DNA of 64,000 bases from Cenococcum geophilum (Eukaryota), in assembly GCA_050273025.1 (NCBI GenBank), contig CP158635.1:22072001-22136000 (forward strand), read 5' to 3'. The translations under genes and the position numbers were made by a program. Position 1 is the stretch's first letter. Each line of letters starts with the position of its first letter. The notes under the pieces were generated by a model. It ran no database searches. It was given only the letters and a program-made list of their open reading frames with translations, and was not told the origin of the DNA. Positions 1-14,261 of this stretch are shown here, piece after piece.

Positions 1-1558
1 ACTTAGAACTGTTATACCTTACCTATAAGGAGTACCGTTTCTAGCTTAATAGTAATATAAAGAGTCTTTTCTTCTATATCTTGCCCTAGTTATAGCTAGG
101 AGACATCTATAACTAGGGCTTTTCTTTTTTTAGATTGTTAGTATAATTATTACCTAACTTATTCTTCTAATAAGATTTACCTTTAGGGAAATTTCCTTTT
201 ATCTTCTTAGAGTGTTCCTATAAGAGTATTAAACGGGTATTAGGTTAGCCCTAAAAGTCTTTCCTATTACTTAGGGCTTCTAACTTTAACCCTTTTAAAG
301 TTTTTCTTAAGAACGGCTTCTTTAAAGCTTGGGTATAAGGTAAAGCGACAAACGTATATATATCGGTTACCGAGCCCGTCAAACCATTCGGTTCGACACT
401 ATACCTTTTTAGCCAGTTGAGTTCATTTAGCTTAGTGGGCAATCGTCACATTAGGTCTACCCTATGTTACTACTAAAATGCCTACGCTTTTAGTTACCTC
501 CTAATTTCCTACCGAAAGAGGTTTAGTTCCTTACTATATTCTTAGCGTTTAGAACCGCGTGTTTAAAATCTATATATACAATAATCCGCAGTAGGGCTTC
601 TATATACCTTATTTCGTTATAAATTGCTAGCTTAATTCTAGCCTAGATAAATCTAATCTTCTCCTTTTTACGGATACTGCTATTCTTATTTTTAAAGGGC
701 TTTAGATTTATCTAAGTTTCTATAAAGTTTATAAACTGGCGGAAGTCTTAATAGTCCAGCTGCGTACCATTCTAGAATTATTCTGTATTGTTATATAATA
801 TATAAATCTTAGGTCCAACCCCTTAGGAAGGTCTATAGCTATAGTTATATAGTAATTTACTCTTTATTAAGTTAATTAAGCGCAATCTAGTTTAGCGATC
901 GGTCTTTAATTTTACTAATAATCTAGTGTATACGCTCTTTAATATTATCTTATATTATTAGCATCTTAAAAAAGTTGTCTACCTTACAAACCTAATCGTC
1001 TAGCTATTAGGCGTTAGGTCTATAACGGAGTTTTAAAATATTAAAGGCCTTAGATAGTTAGTCTATATCCTTTTTCTATTTATTACATAAATGCCTCTCT
1101 AAGTCTTCTATACCTCCTTAGGTATATACTAAGTAGCCCCTAAAAAGTCCTTAAAAAGTCCTTAGCCTTAGCTAGGTTAAAAAAAAATTTATCTAGCCTA
1201 GATTAAACCCTACTAGATATAGATTTACCCTTAAAGGGTTCTAATATATTTATTAGTAGCTTCCTCCCGTATAGCTTTTAAGAGCCTTATAATAGCTTCC
1301 CAATATCTATCTTAAAGGAGATTGGTATAGGGCTCTTAACTTTCTAAACTTAGGCCTAGGGAAACTCCTACTATAGAGGTAGTATTAGTACTAGTAGCTA
1401 GTGCGGGTTTCCTAGTAAGCCTTAGGTCTTAAGTTAGTGTTTAAGTTAAATTTCCTAAAGGGGTAGGCCCGCTTAGCTCGTAAGCAGTCTATATACTACT
1501 ACTATACTAATTATAGGCTAGTGGTCTTCTAAGAGGGTTCTAGTTAGGTCCCTAGTTA
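1..1558 (-). mobile_element. Gypsy family A, older copy (A'), gag/protease part; continues at 52296 and beyond the window start
   Basis: Reverse complement aligns to about 5996-7430 of the full-length copy at 5331-14256; the alignment breaks at 1558 and resumes at 52296. Confidence 0.9.
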
Positions 1559-1608
1559 CATTAGCAAAATGTTTCTACCTCCTAATAGTACTAATAGCTC
1601 CTAATAGC
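1559..1608 (+). repeat. Left TIR and RIP-mutated CTCCTGACAG-type subterminal repeats (array continues 17055-17080)
   Basis: CATTAGCA-AAA-TGTT matches the reverse complement of the right end (TATTAGCA-TTT-TGTT). The ctcctaatag repeats are RIP versions of ctcctgacag seen unmutated at 52050-52270. Confidence 0.7.
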
Positions 1609-2273
1609 AGAGGTAATATATATGCAACCTTACTAAAAGGTAGCGCCACACTTTAAAACTTACCTATACCCATCTTCCTATCAAAAACAATTAATTTTCT
1701 AACTTTTAAGGCCTAATTCCTACTACCTAGCAAGCTAGAGGTGGATTTATTTCCCTCTTTACCCCCTTTTACCCAAGAGAAAATTCTCTTAAGAGGTAGC
1801 CCTAGCTTATAAGCAAGGTAGGGGTAGGAATACTAAAATACCAAAATATAGACTTTTCCTAGGTTTTTCTTTTATAGAAAGTAAAAGCCTAATAAAATAG
1901 GAGGTGTAGGTATTTTTCTATATCTCCTTTAGTCAGATTTTCCTTAGTAAGAGAAGGATTGCCTTTTTAGGCTTTTCTACTAGTAAAAGCCTAATAAGTC
2001 CTTTTTTCTAGTAGTTTTTTCTACTTCTAATAGAGAAGAAAATAACTACTATAGTCTTTTTACTTAGTTTTTCTACTACTTTTTAGTCTAATTTCCCCAG
2101 AAGCTCTCTAGTAGAGTTAGTAAGGAAAAAGGATATAGAAGGATAGTAAAAACTAGGAAGGCTTTTTACCTAGTTTTTTACCTCTATGCTAGGAGATAAG
2201 AGACCTAAGGAGGTTATTATCTACTGAAAAAACTAGGAACCCCCCCTATAAGCTAAAAGCTATAAGATATAAA

Positions 2274-3750
2274 ATGCTAAAGGTAAAGGCTATCAAGCCT
2301 AAAACAAAGCCCCCTATAGAGATAAGCGATGACGAATTCTTATCTACCTCTTCTACTTATTCTTCTCTATCTTCTCCATATTTATCTAGAAAAGATAAAG
2401 ATATAGAAGAAGTAGATAAGCCGTCTCTAGCTTATATAAAGAACCAAAGAAAAAGAAACCACCCCCTATTGTCTTCTAAAGAAGATAGCTAAAACCTAAA
2501 AAGAAACCTAGTAAAAATAAGGTCCTCTATGGCTAGTTTATATTTCCCCCCTCCTTCTTTAAAACAATTTCTACACAAGGCCCTAGAAAGCCTAACCCAG
2601 GCCTATCTAAGGCTAGAAGGAGAAAGTAAGGAGGTTAAACATATTAGGGACGACGTATAAAGAATTATAGTAGGAGAAAATCCTTCTATAAAGGAAACAG
2701 AAAAGGAAAAACAGAAGACAGATATCCTCAAAGGACTAGTAGAAGAAGTAAGAGCCCTCCGTAAGGAGGTAGCCCCCAAAACCTATACAGAAAAGTTAAA
2801 GAAGGGCCTCTCTTCTTTTACTTACTCTTCTTCATCGCCGTCTCCTCCTTCTTCTACCACCTCTTCTTCTTCTTTACCCCCTACCTCCTCCTCAATTCCC
2901 TCTACTAGTAAGGCAGCTAGTAGTACTACCAGTTCTACAAGCCCTACCTCTACTAGAGGGAAAAAGAAGCAGCTATAAGAAAGAGGACTAGTCTTAGTTA
3001 TAGACTAAAAGGACTAGCCTCTAGACATCTTCTCTATACAAAACACAATTAATTAACGATTTATATCCAAATTGCAAATAGAAAAGCCAGTTATAGCTTC
3101 TATAGCTAGAACAAGAGAAAAGCAAAATATTCTCCTTATAACAACGGAGGAATATAATGTAGATTTTCTAGTTAAATATAAAGAAGTCTGGTCTAGCTGC
3201 TTCTCTTTTAAAAGAGAACAAAAACTAGAGCCCTAGACTTAAATAGTAGCTCATAGCGTCCCTATCCCCCCTTTCCTAGGAGAAGAAGGCTCTAAACTTC
3301 TAAAAGAAGAAATAGAGACCTTTAACCCTATTAGGATACAGGGACTACCTAGATAGATCTCTTTTAGGGCAAAGAGATATAATCCACAGACTAGGTTTGG
3401 CTCTATAGTATTCGCTATAGAAAATAAGGAGAAAAGACAGGAAATCCTTAAGCAGAAGGAAATCCTAATTACAGGGGTAGCTACTAAGGTAGTTAAATAC
3501 CTAGAAGTCTCTCCTACTACACAGTATACAAACTACCAAAAATTTGGCCATATAGGAGATAGATGCTCTACTAGGGCCTATCGGTTTTGTACAGCAGCAT
3601 ACCTATCTAAAGACCACTCCTACTTAAGTTGTAATATGATAGGTAAGCCTTGCGAGCATACTACCCCTCTTTGCATTAATTGTAAAGAAAAACACTTTGC
3701 TACTAGTAAAGACTACCAGTCTCTTAAAGCAGCTAAGTTAATATACTAAT
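2274..3750 (+). pseudogene. LINE ORF1 (gag-like, Cys/His knuckles)
   Basis: Ser-rich linker at about 2805-2950; a de-RIPed Q-C-T-N-C-Q-K-F-G-H knuckle at about 3521-3550 is followed by two more Cys/His clusters. Boundaries are approximate. Confidence 0.8.
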
Positions 3751-3789
3751 AAGTATACACTTAGAAGGTTCTATATAGGAAGAAGAAGA

Positions 3790-5330
3790 AATCTCCCTAG
3801 CTTCTAAAGCTAGAGGAGAAATCTCCTTTATATAATATAATGTAGGGAAAAGACAAAAAGCACAGCAAACCCTACTAGAAATAGGATTTAAGAGAAAAAT
3901 AGATATTATTCTAGTACAAGAACCTAGTACCTAGAAAGATAAGCAAAAAGGATCCTACTTCTCTATTCCACATCCTATATTTAATCTTATCCTCCCTAGT
4001 AATCTAGCTATTCATCCTAAGGTAGCTATCTATATAAGGAAAACTAGTTCTAGTATTCTACAATATAGAAATAGGGAGGATATCTATAAAGATATAGATA
4101 CTATAGCACTAGAAATCTATAGCCAATTTAAAAGATTTCTACTGCTTAATATCTATAACGAGAGATAACTAGACAAGAACTCTAGAACCTAAAGAAATAG
4201 TATAAGTACTATCTCTAGAGCCATTCTAGAACTAGAAATAGACCTCCCTTTTATACTAATAGGAGACTATAACCTACACCACACACAGTGGAATGCGCTA
4301 GTAAGGAATCCGACTAGAGAGGCCAAAGAACTAGTAGACTGGCTAAACAAATATAACTGCTAACTACTAAATTTAGACGAATAAAAAGGGACCTTCTATA
4401 GATCCAATATAAGGGAAAAGTCTATTATAGACCTAGCCTTCTACTTAGGAAACTTTCAAGAAAACACCTAGGATAATTAGACTATAATAGAAGATATAGG
4501 ATCTGATTATAAGATTATAGCATTCTCTCTATTTACTAGAGAGACGTAAAGATACCTAAACCCTCTTTAAGAAACTCCTTTCTCTATAAAAAAGGCAAAC
4601 TGGAAGATTTTCTTTACTTCTTTAAAAGAGCAAGTTCTAGAGCTAGAACTAAAAGCAAAACTTTTAGTACTAGAGGAACTAGTAGGAGAAAACCCCTATA
4701 TAGAAATAGGAGAAAAAGGTCCCCTAGCCTCTCTAAAAGATTCTTATAGACCTAGGGATAGAAGCTTAAGTATACTAGTAGATAATCTAGTAATAGATTT
4801 TACTAGCTATATAAAGCTAGCAGTAGAGAAAGCTATCCCTAGATCTAGAACCTATAAATTCTCTAAACTATAGTAGAATAAGGAGCTTCTAAAGAAAAGA
4901 CAAAAAATGGCAAAACTAGGAAGACTTTAAGAGGAACAACATACTAGAAGCCTATAAAGAAGCTAAAAATCAATACTTCTACGTAATAAGAGAAGCTAAG
5001 ACTAGCTGCTGGAATAGCTTCCTAGAAAAAGCATAAGGAAAGGAGGTCTTTACTACCCTAAAATATATAAAGGAGAGAATATTAAAAATAATCCCTAGTC
5101 TACAGTATAGTAAGGATAGGACTACTAGACTAGTAGAAAGCTTTAAGGACTAGTATAAAGCTTTTATAACTACTCTATTCCCAAAACCCCCCCCCTTTTA
5201 CTAGCCCTATAGAGTGGAAGGACTATATAATAGACAATAAATAGGAATAGCCAGAACTAGAGAAAATAGAAGTTAAATAAGCAATTTTCTCTAGCTTTAA
5301 TAAAAAGGCTCTAGGACTAGATGGGATATC
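3790..5330 (+). pseudogene. LINE ORF2, 5' part (AP endonuclease and start of RT)
   Basis: IDIILVQEP (about 3899), GDYNLHH (about 4262), GSD(H>Y) (about 4499) and KKA(P)G(P)DGIS ending at the insertion point. Confidence 0.9.
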
Positions 5331-8300
5331 TATAAGGGATATTATTGTAAACACCTTAGGTTGCCCTCAGAACAACCCCCGGACGCCCCTTAGATAGTCG
5401 CCAGTTATGTGCCGGAGGTATATACTTATAGTATATAGTCTCCACGATCCCAAAGGCCTTACCTCCTTAAAGATTCGTCTCTCTCACTAATCTATCCTAT
5501 TTTACAATTATATCCTTATAGCCCCCTATCTAAAAGATCCCCTTATATTTAAATCCTTCCTACTCTTTTTTAGAAGGGTAGTTAGCTTTAAGGACTAGAT
5601 TATTTATTTATATCTTTTATTTATAACTACTATCCTCCCTTAAAATCTTATAATAACCTAAACGGAAACTCCATGGATACCTTATAGAAAGCCGTCGCGT
5701 AAAGGCAAAAAGGTCCCTCTAATAGCGAGAGATTGCGACAATATAACCCTCTAGGCAAGACGGCCGAATAAGCCCCAATACCTAGATACTCTAGGAGCTT
5801 AAAGACTCTCGCATACCTACGGTCACCGGCAACGCTAAGGAAAATACAAACACCCTCTATAATAGTCGCAATACTACTAAAAAGCAGCCGGAACCCCTCT
5901 GGCCCCACCCAGGCCAATTGGAAGATTAAGCGCTAGAGGCGACTCTAAGATCTTCCCCTAAGCTAGAAATGCCAGAGGAATATACTAATATATCCGACTA
6001 GGAAACTAACCGGAACCCTCCCGGAAGACCACCAGCCTATAATTAGCATAGTAGTGGCGTATAGACTGCTTATAAGCCAAGCAGGCCTACCCCTTTAGGT
6101 AATCTAAGCTAATTACTAACTTAAGACCTGAGCCTCGTTAGGAAGCCTATACTAGCTACTAGTACTAATACTACCTCTATAGTAGGAGCCTCCCCAGGCC
6201 TAAGTTCAAAAGGTTAAGAGCCCTATATTAATCTCCTTTAAGATGGATATCGGGAAGCTATTATAAGGCTCTTGGAAGCCATACGGGAGGAAGCTACTAA
6301 TAAACATATTAGAACCCTTTAAGGGCAAATCTAAATCTAATAGGGTCTAATCTAAGCTAGGTAAATTCTTTTATAACATAGTTAAGGCTAAGGGCTTTCT
6401 AAAAGCTACCTAGTACCTACCTGAGGAGGTATAGAAGACTTAAAGAGTTATCTACGCTATAAATGGAAAAAGGATATAGACTGACTAGCTAAGGCCTCTA
6501 ATAGTTTAGAACTCCGCCATAGACCTAACGCCCAGCAGTTAAACGATTAGGTTTATAAGGTAGACAACTTCTTTAAGATGCTGATAATATGAGATGATAC
6601 CAAAGAGCGTACACGCTAGATTATTAGTAAGATTAAAGACTAATTGCTAAACTAAATCGCACTTAATTAGCTTAATAAAAAGCAAATTACTATATAGCTA
6701 TAGCTGCAAACCTTTCTAAAGAAATGGACTTAAGATCTATATATTATATAATATGATAATATAGAGCTATTCTAGAATAGGATATAGCTAGACCGCTATA
6801 ACTTTCGCCAGTTTATAAACTTTATAGAAACTTGTACTTAGTAAATAGATCTAGAGCCCTGTAAAAACAAGGACGGTAGCATCCGTAAGAAGGAGAAGAT
6901 TAGGTTTATCTAGGCTAGAATTAAGCTAGTAATTCGTAATAAAATAAAGTATATAGGAGCCCTATCGCGGATCACTATATATGCGGATTTTAAATAAGCA
7001 GTTCTAAACGCTAAAGATACGGTAAGGAACTAGACCTCTTTTGGTAAGAAGCTAGGGGGTCACTAGAAGCGTGGGCACTCTAGTAATAACATAGGGCAGA
7101 CCTAACCTTTAAAGAAGCTGTTCTTAAAGAGAACTTTAAAAGGATTAAAGTTAGGAACCTTAAATAATGGGAAAGACTCCTAGGGCCAACCCGACACTTA
7201 TTTAGTACCTTTATAGGAATACTCTAAGAAGTTAAGAGAAAACTCTAAAGGTAGATTCTATTAGAAAAATAAGCAGGGCAATAACCGCGCTAATAATTTA
7301 AAAAAAGAAAAGCCTTAGTTGCGGACCTCTCCTAGCTGCAACTAGGGTAAGATATAAAAGGAAAGACTTTCCATATTACTATTAAGCTAGAAATGATACT
7401 CCCTATAGGTAAGGTATGACAGTTTTAAGCACTATATAATAGCGGCGCCGAAATTAATCTTATATAATATGATTTGGTAAAAGAGCATAAACTTATCTCA
7501 TTGTGAAGGTAGCGGAAACCTATTATAGGCTTCCTAGATGAGCATTGGATTAAGCTATATAGTGCCTATAAGCTTATAGTATTAGTGGCCGATATATATA
7601 ACCGCACCAAGGTAGTTGGCCCGCAACCCTTTTAGGCGGCTAACTTTATAGGTTATGACCTTATCCTTAGATACCCTTAGCTTATAAAAGTAGATCCTAA
7701 GATATACTTTAAGACAGGAGCCTTTAAATAGTAGAATGATGAAGATTTAGAAGGGCGTATATTACTAATAAGCCTAAAGGATATTCTAGAGAATATAGCC
7801 CCAGGCGAAATAGTATACGCTCTACACCTAAAGGAGTATCGGATTTAACCCCTATTCGATAGCAAGATAAATATAAAGCTTAGTATAGGTAACAACCCCT
7901 CTATAATGGAGACCCTATAGGGAACTGCTAGATAGGTCGTAGAGATATTATAGGGAGGCGGCGATCTTAAGGATCTTATGAGATACTTTAACCGCTATGG
8001 GTTACTCTAGCTTAAGCAATATGCGGAGAGTATACTATAGCACCTTAAACGCTGCATTAAGGAGTTCCCTACCCTCTACTAGCTACTGTATGAAACGGTT
8101 TAATATATGGTGGCAACTATATACAAGTAACCACTATAGCGTATAACGCTGCTTGCGAGTATTCTAAGGGAGCTCCGGGACCTACCTAATAATAATATAG
8201 AAGATAAACGCGACCCTAATTTATTAAATATTCCAGTAGGCCTAAGGGACTTACTAAGGGTATTTTTAGGCAGGAGAGCTAAAGTCCTACCGTAGAACTT

Positions 8301-11300
8301 GGAGTACGATTATGTAATTAATCTAGAAGAAGGTAAGTAACCGCTGAATCTTCCTATCTATAACCTCTCGCATAAAGAGCTTAAAATCCTATAAGAGTAC
8401 CTTAATGGCTTACTGGAAAAGGGATAGATCCGGCCTAGTAAGTCGCCGTTAGGCGCGCCGATCCTCTTTATCCTAAAACTAGATAAAACTATAAGGCTAT
8501 GCGTAGACTATCACGGCCTTAATAAGATTATAATTAAGAACCGTTACCCACTACCACTAATTAGTGAAATGCTGGATTGACTATCTAGGGCGAAGATCTT
8601 CACAAAGTTGGATCTATGAGACGCCTATTATAGGCTCCGTATTAAAGAAGGGGATAAATAGAAGACCACTTTTAAGACCTAATATAGCTACTTTAAGTAT
8701 CTGGTGATGCCTTTTAGGCTAGCTAATGCACCTATGATATTCTAATTGTATATTTATAGAGCCTTAGGGGGACTAGTTAACCGTATATATATAATTTATT
8801 TAGATAATATCTTAATCTACTTGGAAGATAAGAATTAACACAAGCAATATGTCCGCGAAGTGCTGGAACGTTTGGATAATTAGGGCCTCTACGCTAAGGC
8901 GTTAAAGTATGTCTTTAACACTAAGCAGGTTAAGTTCCTGGGTTATATTGTAACGCCTATAGGTGTAGTTATGGACCCAATATAGGTGTAGACGATTTAG
9001 GAGTAGCTAGAGCTAGAGAGCTATTAGGATATTTAAGTGTTCCTAGGCTTTGCCAATTTCTATAGGCGCTTTATCTATAACTACTTAGACATCACCCGAT
9101 ACCTATCCAACTATATTATAAAAGCTTTTTAAAACCTAACCTAAGGAGTAAAAAGCTTAAAGGCGGTAAGGAAGAAAACTAAGAAGGGACCAACTAAATG
9201 GTATAAGCTATAGTTATAGCCCGGAAAGGGTTAGGAGGCCTTTTAGGAACTTCGCGTAAAGTTTATAGAAGCTCTATTGCTGCGGTATTTTAACCCAAAT
9301 TAGCTATTGATAATAATTACTAATACATCAAATTTTGCCTTTGTTAGTATCCTGCTACAACCTAATAGGTATCCAAACACTACCTAGCTCTATTGGAGAC
9401 CAATAGCATTTTATAGTAGAAAATTCTAGGGACTTAAAGTTAGGTATTATACCCATAATAAGGAACTGCTGGCTATAGTCAACTGCTTTAAATAGTGGCG
9501 ACACTACCTTAAGCACGCGAGCTATACCACTTATATACTCTTAGATCACTATAATCTACGCTACTTTATAATTATAAAGGAGCTTATACTTTGACAAGCT
9601 AGATAAATAAAGAAGCTCGCGCAATTTAATTTTAAGATCAAATATAAGCTAGGGGAAAATAACCCTGCCGATAAACCATTATAACGGCTAGACTATACTA
9701 AAGGCTTTAAAACGGGAGAAGGAAAATAGATAATAAATATCTTACTCCCCACATTACAGAATAAGCTCTGGGTATGGGATGCTTAAGTACCCACAGCTCT
9801 ATACACCGAGTCTTAGGTGGTGCAAGCCCTATTGGTTTCCACTGACGTTCCGGCTAGTACCTGGTCCGTTGCTAATAAGGGTCTAAATATACCTAAATAG
9901 GACGTCCCTGATATATTCTCGGAACCTAGTGATATACCATCCCTAATTGCTAAGCTATCCCCTTAAACTAATAGTGAAGCTATAGAGTAATTAGAACTCG
10001 GAGCCCTATAATAACTAAAGGACTTTAACCTTATAGCGGCCTTCCTAATATACGCGTATTGAAGAGTTGTAAGATCTATAGTACTATCTAGTCTTATACT
10101 TGGAGTAATATAGGACGAAACAGCTTTTACCCGGGAACTATCTGAAAGTTTAATGGATCTTATCTATGAGGTATAATGGAGGGACGCTTCCTATACCATC
10201 CTTAATGCGGAAGTAGACCGGAAACGTAATAAAAAGGAAGCTGCTAGGCGCTATTATTGGGAACTAGACCTAATAGGCCTACTACATAAAGGTAGTAAGG
10301 TTTAGGTGCTATAAGAAGTAAATCTACGACAGAAGATTCTTATAAAGAATTATGATGATCCCTTAGGCGGCCACTATGGTTAAGCAAAGACAGTGGAATT
10401 ACTTTAGCGTAAATACTATTAGCTAAGGCTTAATTAGGAAGTAAAGGAGTATATTAGCTATTGTGAGAAGTATTAAGTATATAAGATCCGTAGGCATAAG
10501 CCATAGGGTCTACTTGAATTAGTTCCCCCCGCTAGTGAGCTATGGCGATATTACACTATAGACTTTATTACGGATCTCCCGCCATCTAAAGATGGCCAAG
10601 GACGAATATATGATTTGGTCCTTATACTTATTAATAGGTTTTTAAAGTACGTCTAATACCTTCCTATTAATAAGATGATTAATGTACAAGAGCTCGCCAA
10701 CCTAATTAAAAAGAAATGCTTTCTTAAAGTAGATTAGCCACACTTTATTATTACTGATAGGGGCAGCGTCTTTATAAGCCAATACTGGTCGGACCTATAC
10801 TTCTATTTGAAGATAGACTACTAGTATAGTATGGCTTTCCACCTATAGATGGATAGGCAAACGGAACGCCAGAACTAGGAACTGGAGTCTTACCTATAGA
10901 TGTATTTGAACTACTAGTAAGATAACTAGTACAAACTACTTCCGTACGCGAAGTACGCTTATAATTTAAAGCAATATACATCGTATAAGTATGCACTAAT
11001 CTAAATTGCCTATAGCATTTAACTATTTAGGTTTAATAGTATACCCGACAATTACTAGCTAAGGCCATATAATTAGTTATAGGATCCTACTGGGAAGTCT
11101 AAGGACATCTACTAGAGAGTATAAGGATACCTCTAAGAATGGGAGGAGTAATAAAAGTATACAAAGTAGAGCTTATAAGATGCCTAAGAGCAGTAAAGAC
11201 TTTGGTATAACCACAAGTACTAGGATAAGCATTTTAGAGTAGGCGATAAGGTTCTATTACATTTAACAAATATTAAGACCCGTCGACCATTAAAGAAGCT

Positions 11301-14256
11301 TAATATAAGATACCTAGGTCCCTTCTAAGTTAAGGAACAAATTAGTAAGCTAGCCTATTGTCTCCAGCTACCCCTATCTATAGCCCGTATATATCTAGTG
11401 TTTTATATAAACCTACTAGAGCTATAGCATAGACCACTACCGGAAAAGAACTTCCGTCTAGGTCCAATTAAACACCCTAAAGTAGTGGGCGAGCGGTATA
11501 AGGTTAAAGCTATACTATGCTATAAGTCTATCAAGAACAAGCTTTAATTTAAAGTTAAATAGCTAGGCTAGCCCACTGAGGACTTTATATAGGAACTAGA
11601 GGATTACCTCAATTATTGTAAAGATATTCTAAAAGAATATTAGGACCAAGGTCTATAATCTGCAAGTCACAAAAAGCGCTCTAATACTACGGTGTTATCG
11701 CGACCTATAAAGAAAGCTTGCGAAAAGAGTAAATAGGTTAAATTAAATATAGAACGGATAGGCTCCAGAAACTATAGGGATAGGACTATAGCCTAAGGCA
11801 GGACGGGTCCTTAGCCTTTTTATATACATAGCATAGAGTTAATAGGGTATTTTACTAGAATTGCATTCCTATTTATTAATTTATACTAGGAACATTATTC
11901 CTAGGGCTTTTAAGCCCTTTCTAAAAGCCTTACAAGGCCTTTTTAAGCACCTAATTAAGGTCCTTAATTACTACTATATATAAGAATAAATCCCAAAAGT
12001 CTAAACCATAAATGCCCAATCTAAAAAGCCACTACGCCTCATTATCATTAGGAGTAGGATTAGTGTCTATTAGGCCACTAAGTAATAGCTAATGAGAATG
12101 GGATCTAGATGCCTTAGTAGGTATATAAGTAGGCATAAAAACAGGGGCAAAACGATGAGGTGTAGCTAGAGCAGAGACTCTTAAATGCTTAACACTAACA
12201 TTAGGTCCAAACCAATACCAATGAAGCTCTTGCGGCGTAAGCTTATAGTTAATAAAGACACACTTAAGCCTAGAATGAATAGAGATGTTAGCTAGCTAGC
12301 ACAGTCCAGAACCACTAAGACCTTGCTATAGCAACTATTAGTTACCTATTTAATAGGTATCCAAAGGGTAACCTACCTAATAACGTATTATATTATACTC
12401 TTTTAAAACTTGACGCGTATACGCAAACTCCTTCCTATAGTAGATAGCAACCTTCTTCTTATTACCCCTATCCCTTACCCTATCCTTAGTATACCAACCT
12501 TACTCTCGCATTAGGCGTTACTAGCTAGCTTGCTAGGAATTATAGGCAGTATAGATGGCCGTAGCATAGTCTTAAATTCGGCCAAGTTATTTAGCATTTA
12601 CACTAGAATGAGAGAGAGCCTAGGCGATATAGTAGTTAAGGATATTAAAGGAACGTCGCCACTTAAGCCTAGGCTATTGAAGCTTAAAATCAACAATAGA
12701 AATCTATTAAAAATAGAAAAGCTCACCTTAATATAACTGCTGCTCTTAGTACGCATGTATTAATTATAAGGACTAAAGGTATTAAATCTAACGCAGTATA
12801 TCTTATTATAAGCCTTTAGAATCCTATTATTAGATTTCTGGTCTTTTAAAGATATGCAGGCAAAATCATTTAGGTAGGACTAGCACTAGTTGCGAGTTAG
12901 TGGAGGTTGGGGTTCTATATATAAAGGTAGGGCCAAAATACGCTATAGAATTTGCTTAGAAGAGCAGTTAGTAGGAGAATAAAGAGGCATATTGAATTAA
13001 TAATGAAAAAGAAGAAAATCTTAATAATATATTAAAGATACGTCCAAATTGGACGAAGGTTAATAATAGGAAGTAAGGTGTTAAGGAAAAGGATTAAGCT
13101 TAATAAGTAAAGTGTCTTTATACTTTACCGTTTAATACCCTTTTAATAAATAGCCGCAACCTTACTAATATAACTCTGTTATAATAGCGTTATTTAGAAG
13201 GAAGGAAACACGCGTATAAGTTATTTGACCATTACTTCCTTATAATAACTAACTACGCGGCCAGAGGAAGGCAATTAAAACGTTAAATTAAAGACACATA
13301 TAGGTTAAATTAGACCTAAAACGATACTATAGTATTAAAGAACAACGTTATAGACGTTCTTAACAATCGCATAATAGCTATAATTGCTATCGCGAAATGT
13401 CCCTAATTGCTAGGCAGTAGAGCTACGCTAAATATACAGTATAGGACCACTAGATTTAAAAGCATATACACTAAATCTTAAGAGACAAGTCTCTTTAACT
13501 AACTAATTAATACCTTAACCGCATCTAATAGCCTAAGGGCAAATGCGGAAGCAATACGTTAGTGACGCAGAGGATCATAAGAAAAGGATTATAAGAAAGA
13601 ATTATAGACCATATCTCAATAGTCAAAGACAACGGCAAGCCAAGGCTCTATACATTAAATCCTATACTAAAAGGTTCTACGGAACTATACTGGAACACCA
13701 AATTATCTATAATACTTATAATTGATTACAGACCGGCATAAAGGCTTAGAAGTAAAGTTGCATAAAAATCCCTATATTAGCCTAGGTAGTCACCAGCATA
13801 CTTCTAGTAGGCTTCCAATAGGTCTCCTAGTAATCCTTATATCTTTTCTCCAGTTATATTTTTTCCTCATTAAGGTTTTTCAGGAGTTTAAAGCAGGGGT
13901 TAAATAGATAGATAATATATAGCGGCATACCGACACCTCTCTAATATCTCTCCAAACCTCTTCTAGGATGAGCCCTTATAATCTCCCTACCGCAAGGTAA
14001 CAGCGATCGGGGGCCGACTGTAGGAAGGGGGGGGGGCAATATAAGGGATATTATTGCGGACACCTTGAGATGCCCTTAGGATAACCCCCAGACGCCCCTT
14101 GGATGGTCGCCAGTCACGTGCCGGAGGCACGTACCCATAGTATATAGTCTCTACAATCCTAGAGGCCTTACCTCCTCAAGGATTCATCTCTCTCACCAAT
14201 CTATCCTGTTCCACAATCGTGTCCTTATAGCCCCCTATCTACAAGATCCCCTTATA
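5331..14256 (+). mobile_element. Full-length Ty3/Gypsy chromovirus, family A (8926 bp)
   Basis: 217-bp LTRs at 5331-5547 and 14040-14256; TSD ATATC (5326-5330, 14257-14261); polypurine tract at about 14022-14036; domain order PR-RT-RH-IN-chromodomain. Confidence 0.95.
5969..11736 (+). pseudogene. Gypsy A gag-pol
   Basis: (D)SGAEIN protease about 7438; CVDY(R)GLN about 8500; YLD(D)I about 8797; RNase H about 9300-9650; integrase about 10350-11000; chromodomain KVK(W)LG(W) about 11550. Confidence 0.92.
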
Positions 14257-14261
14257 ATATC

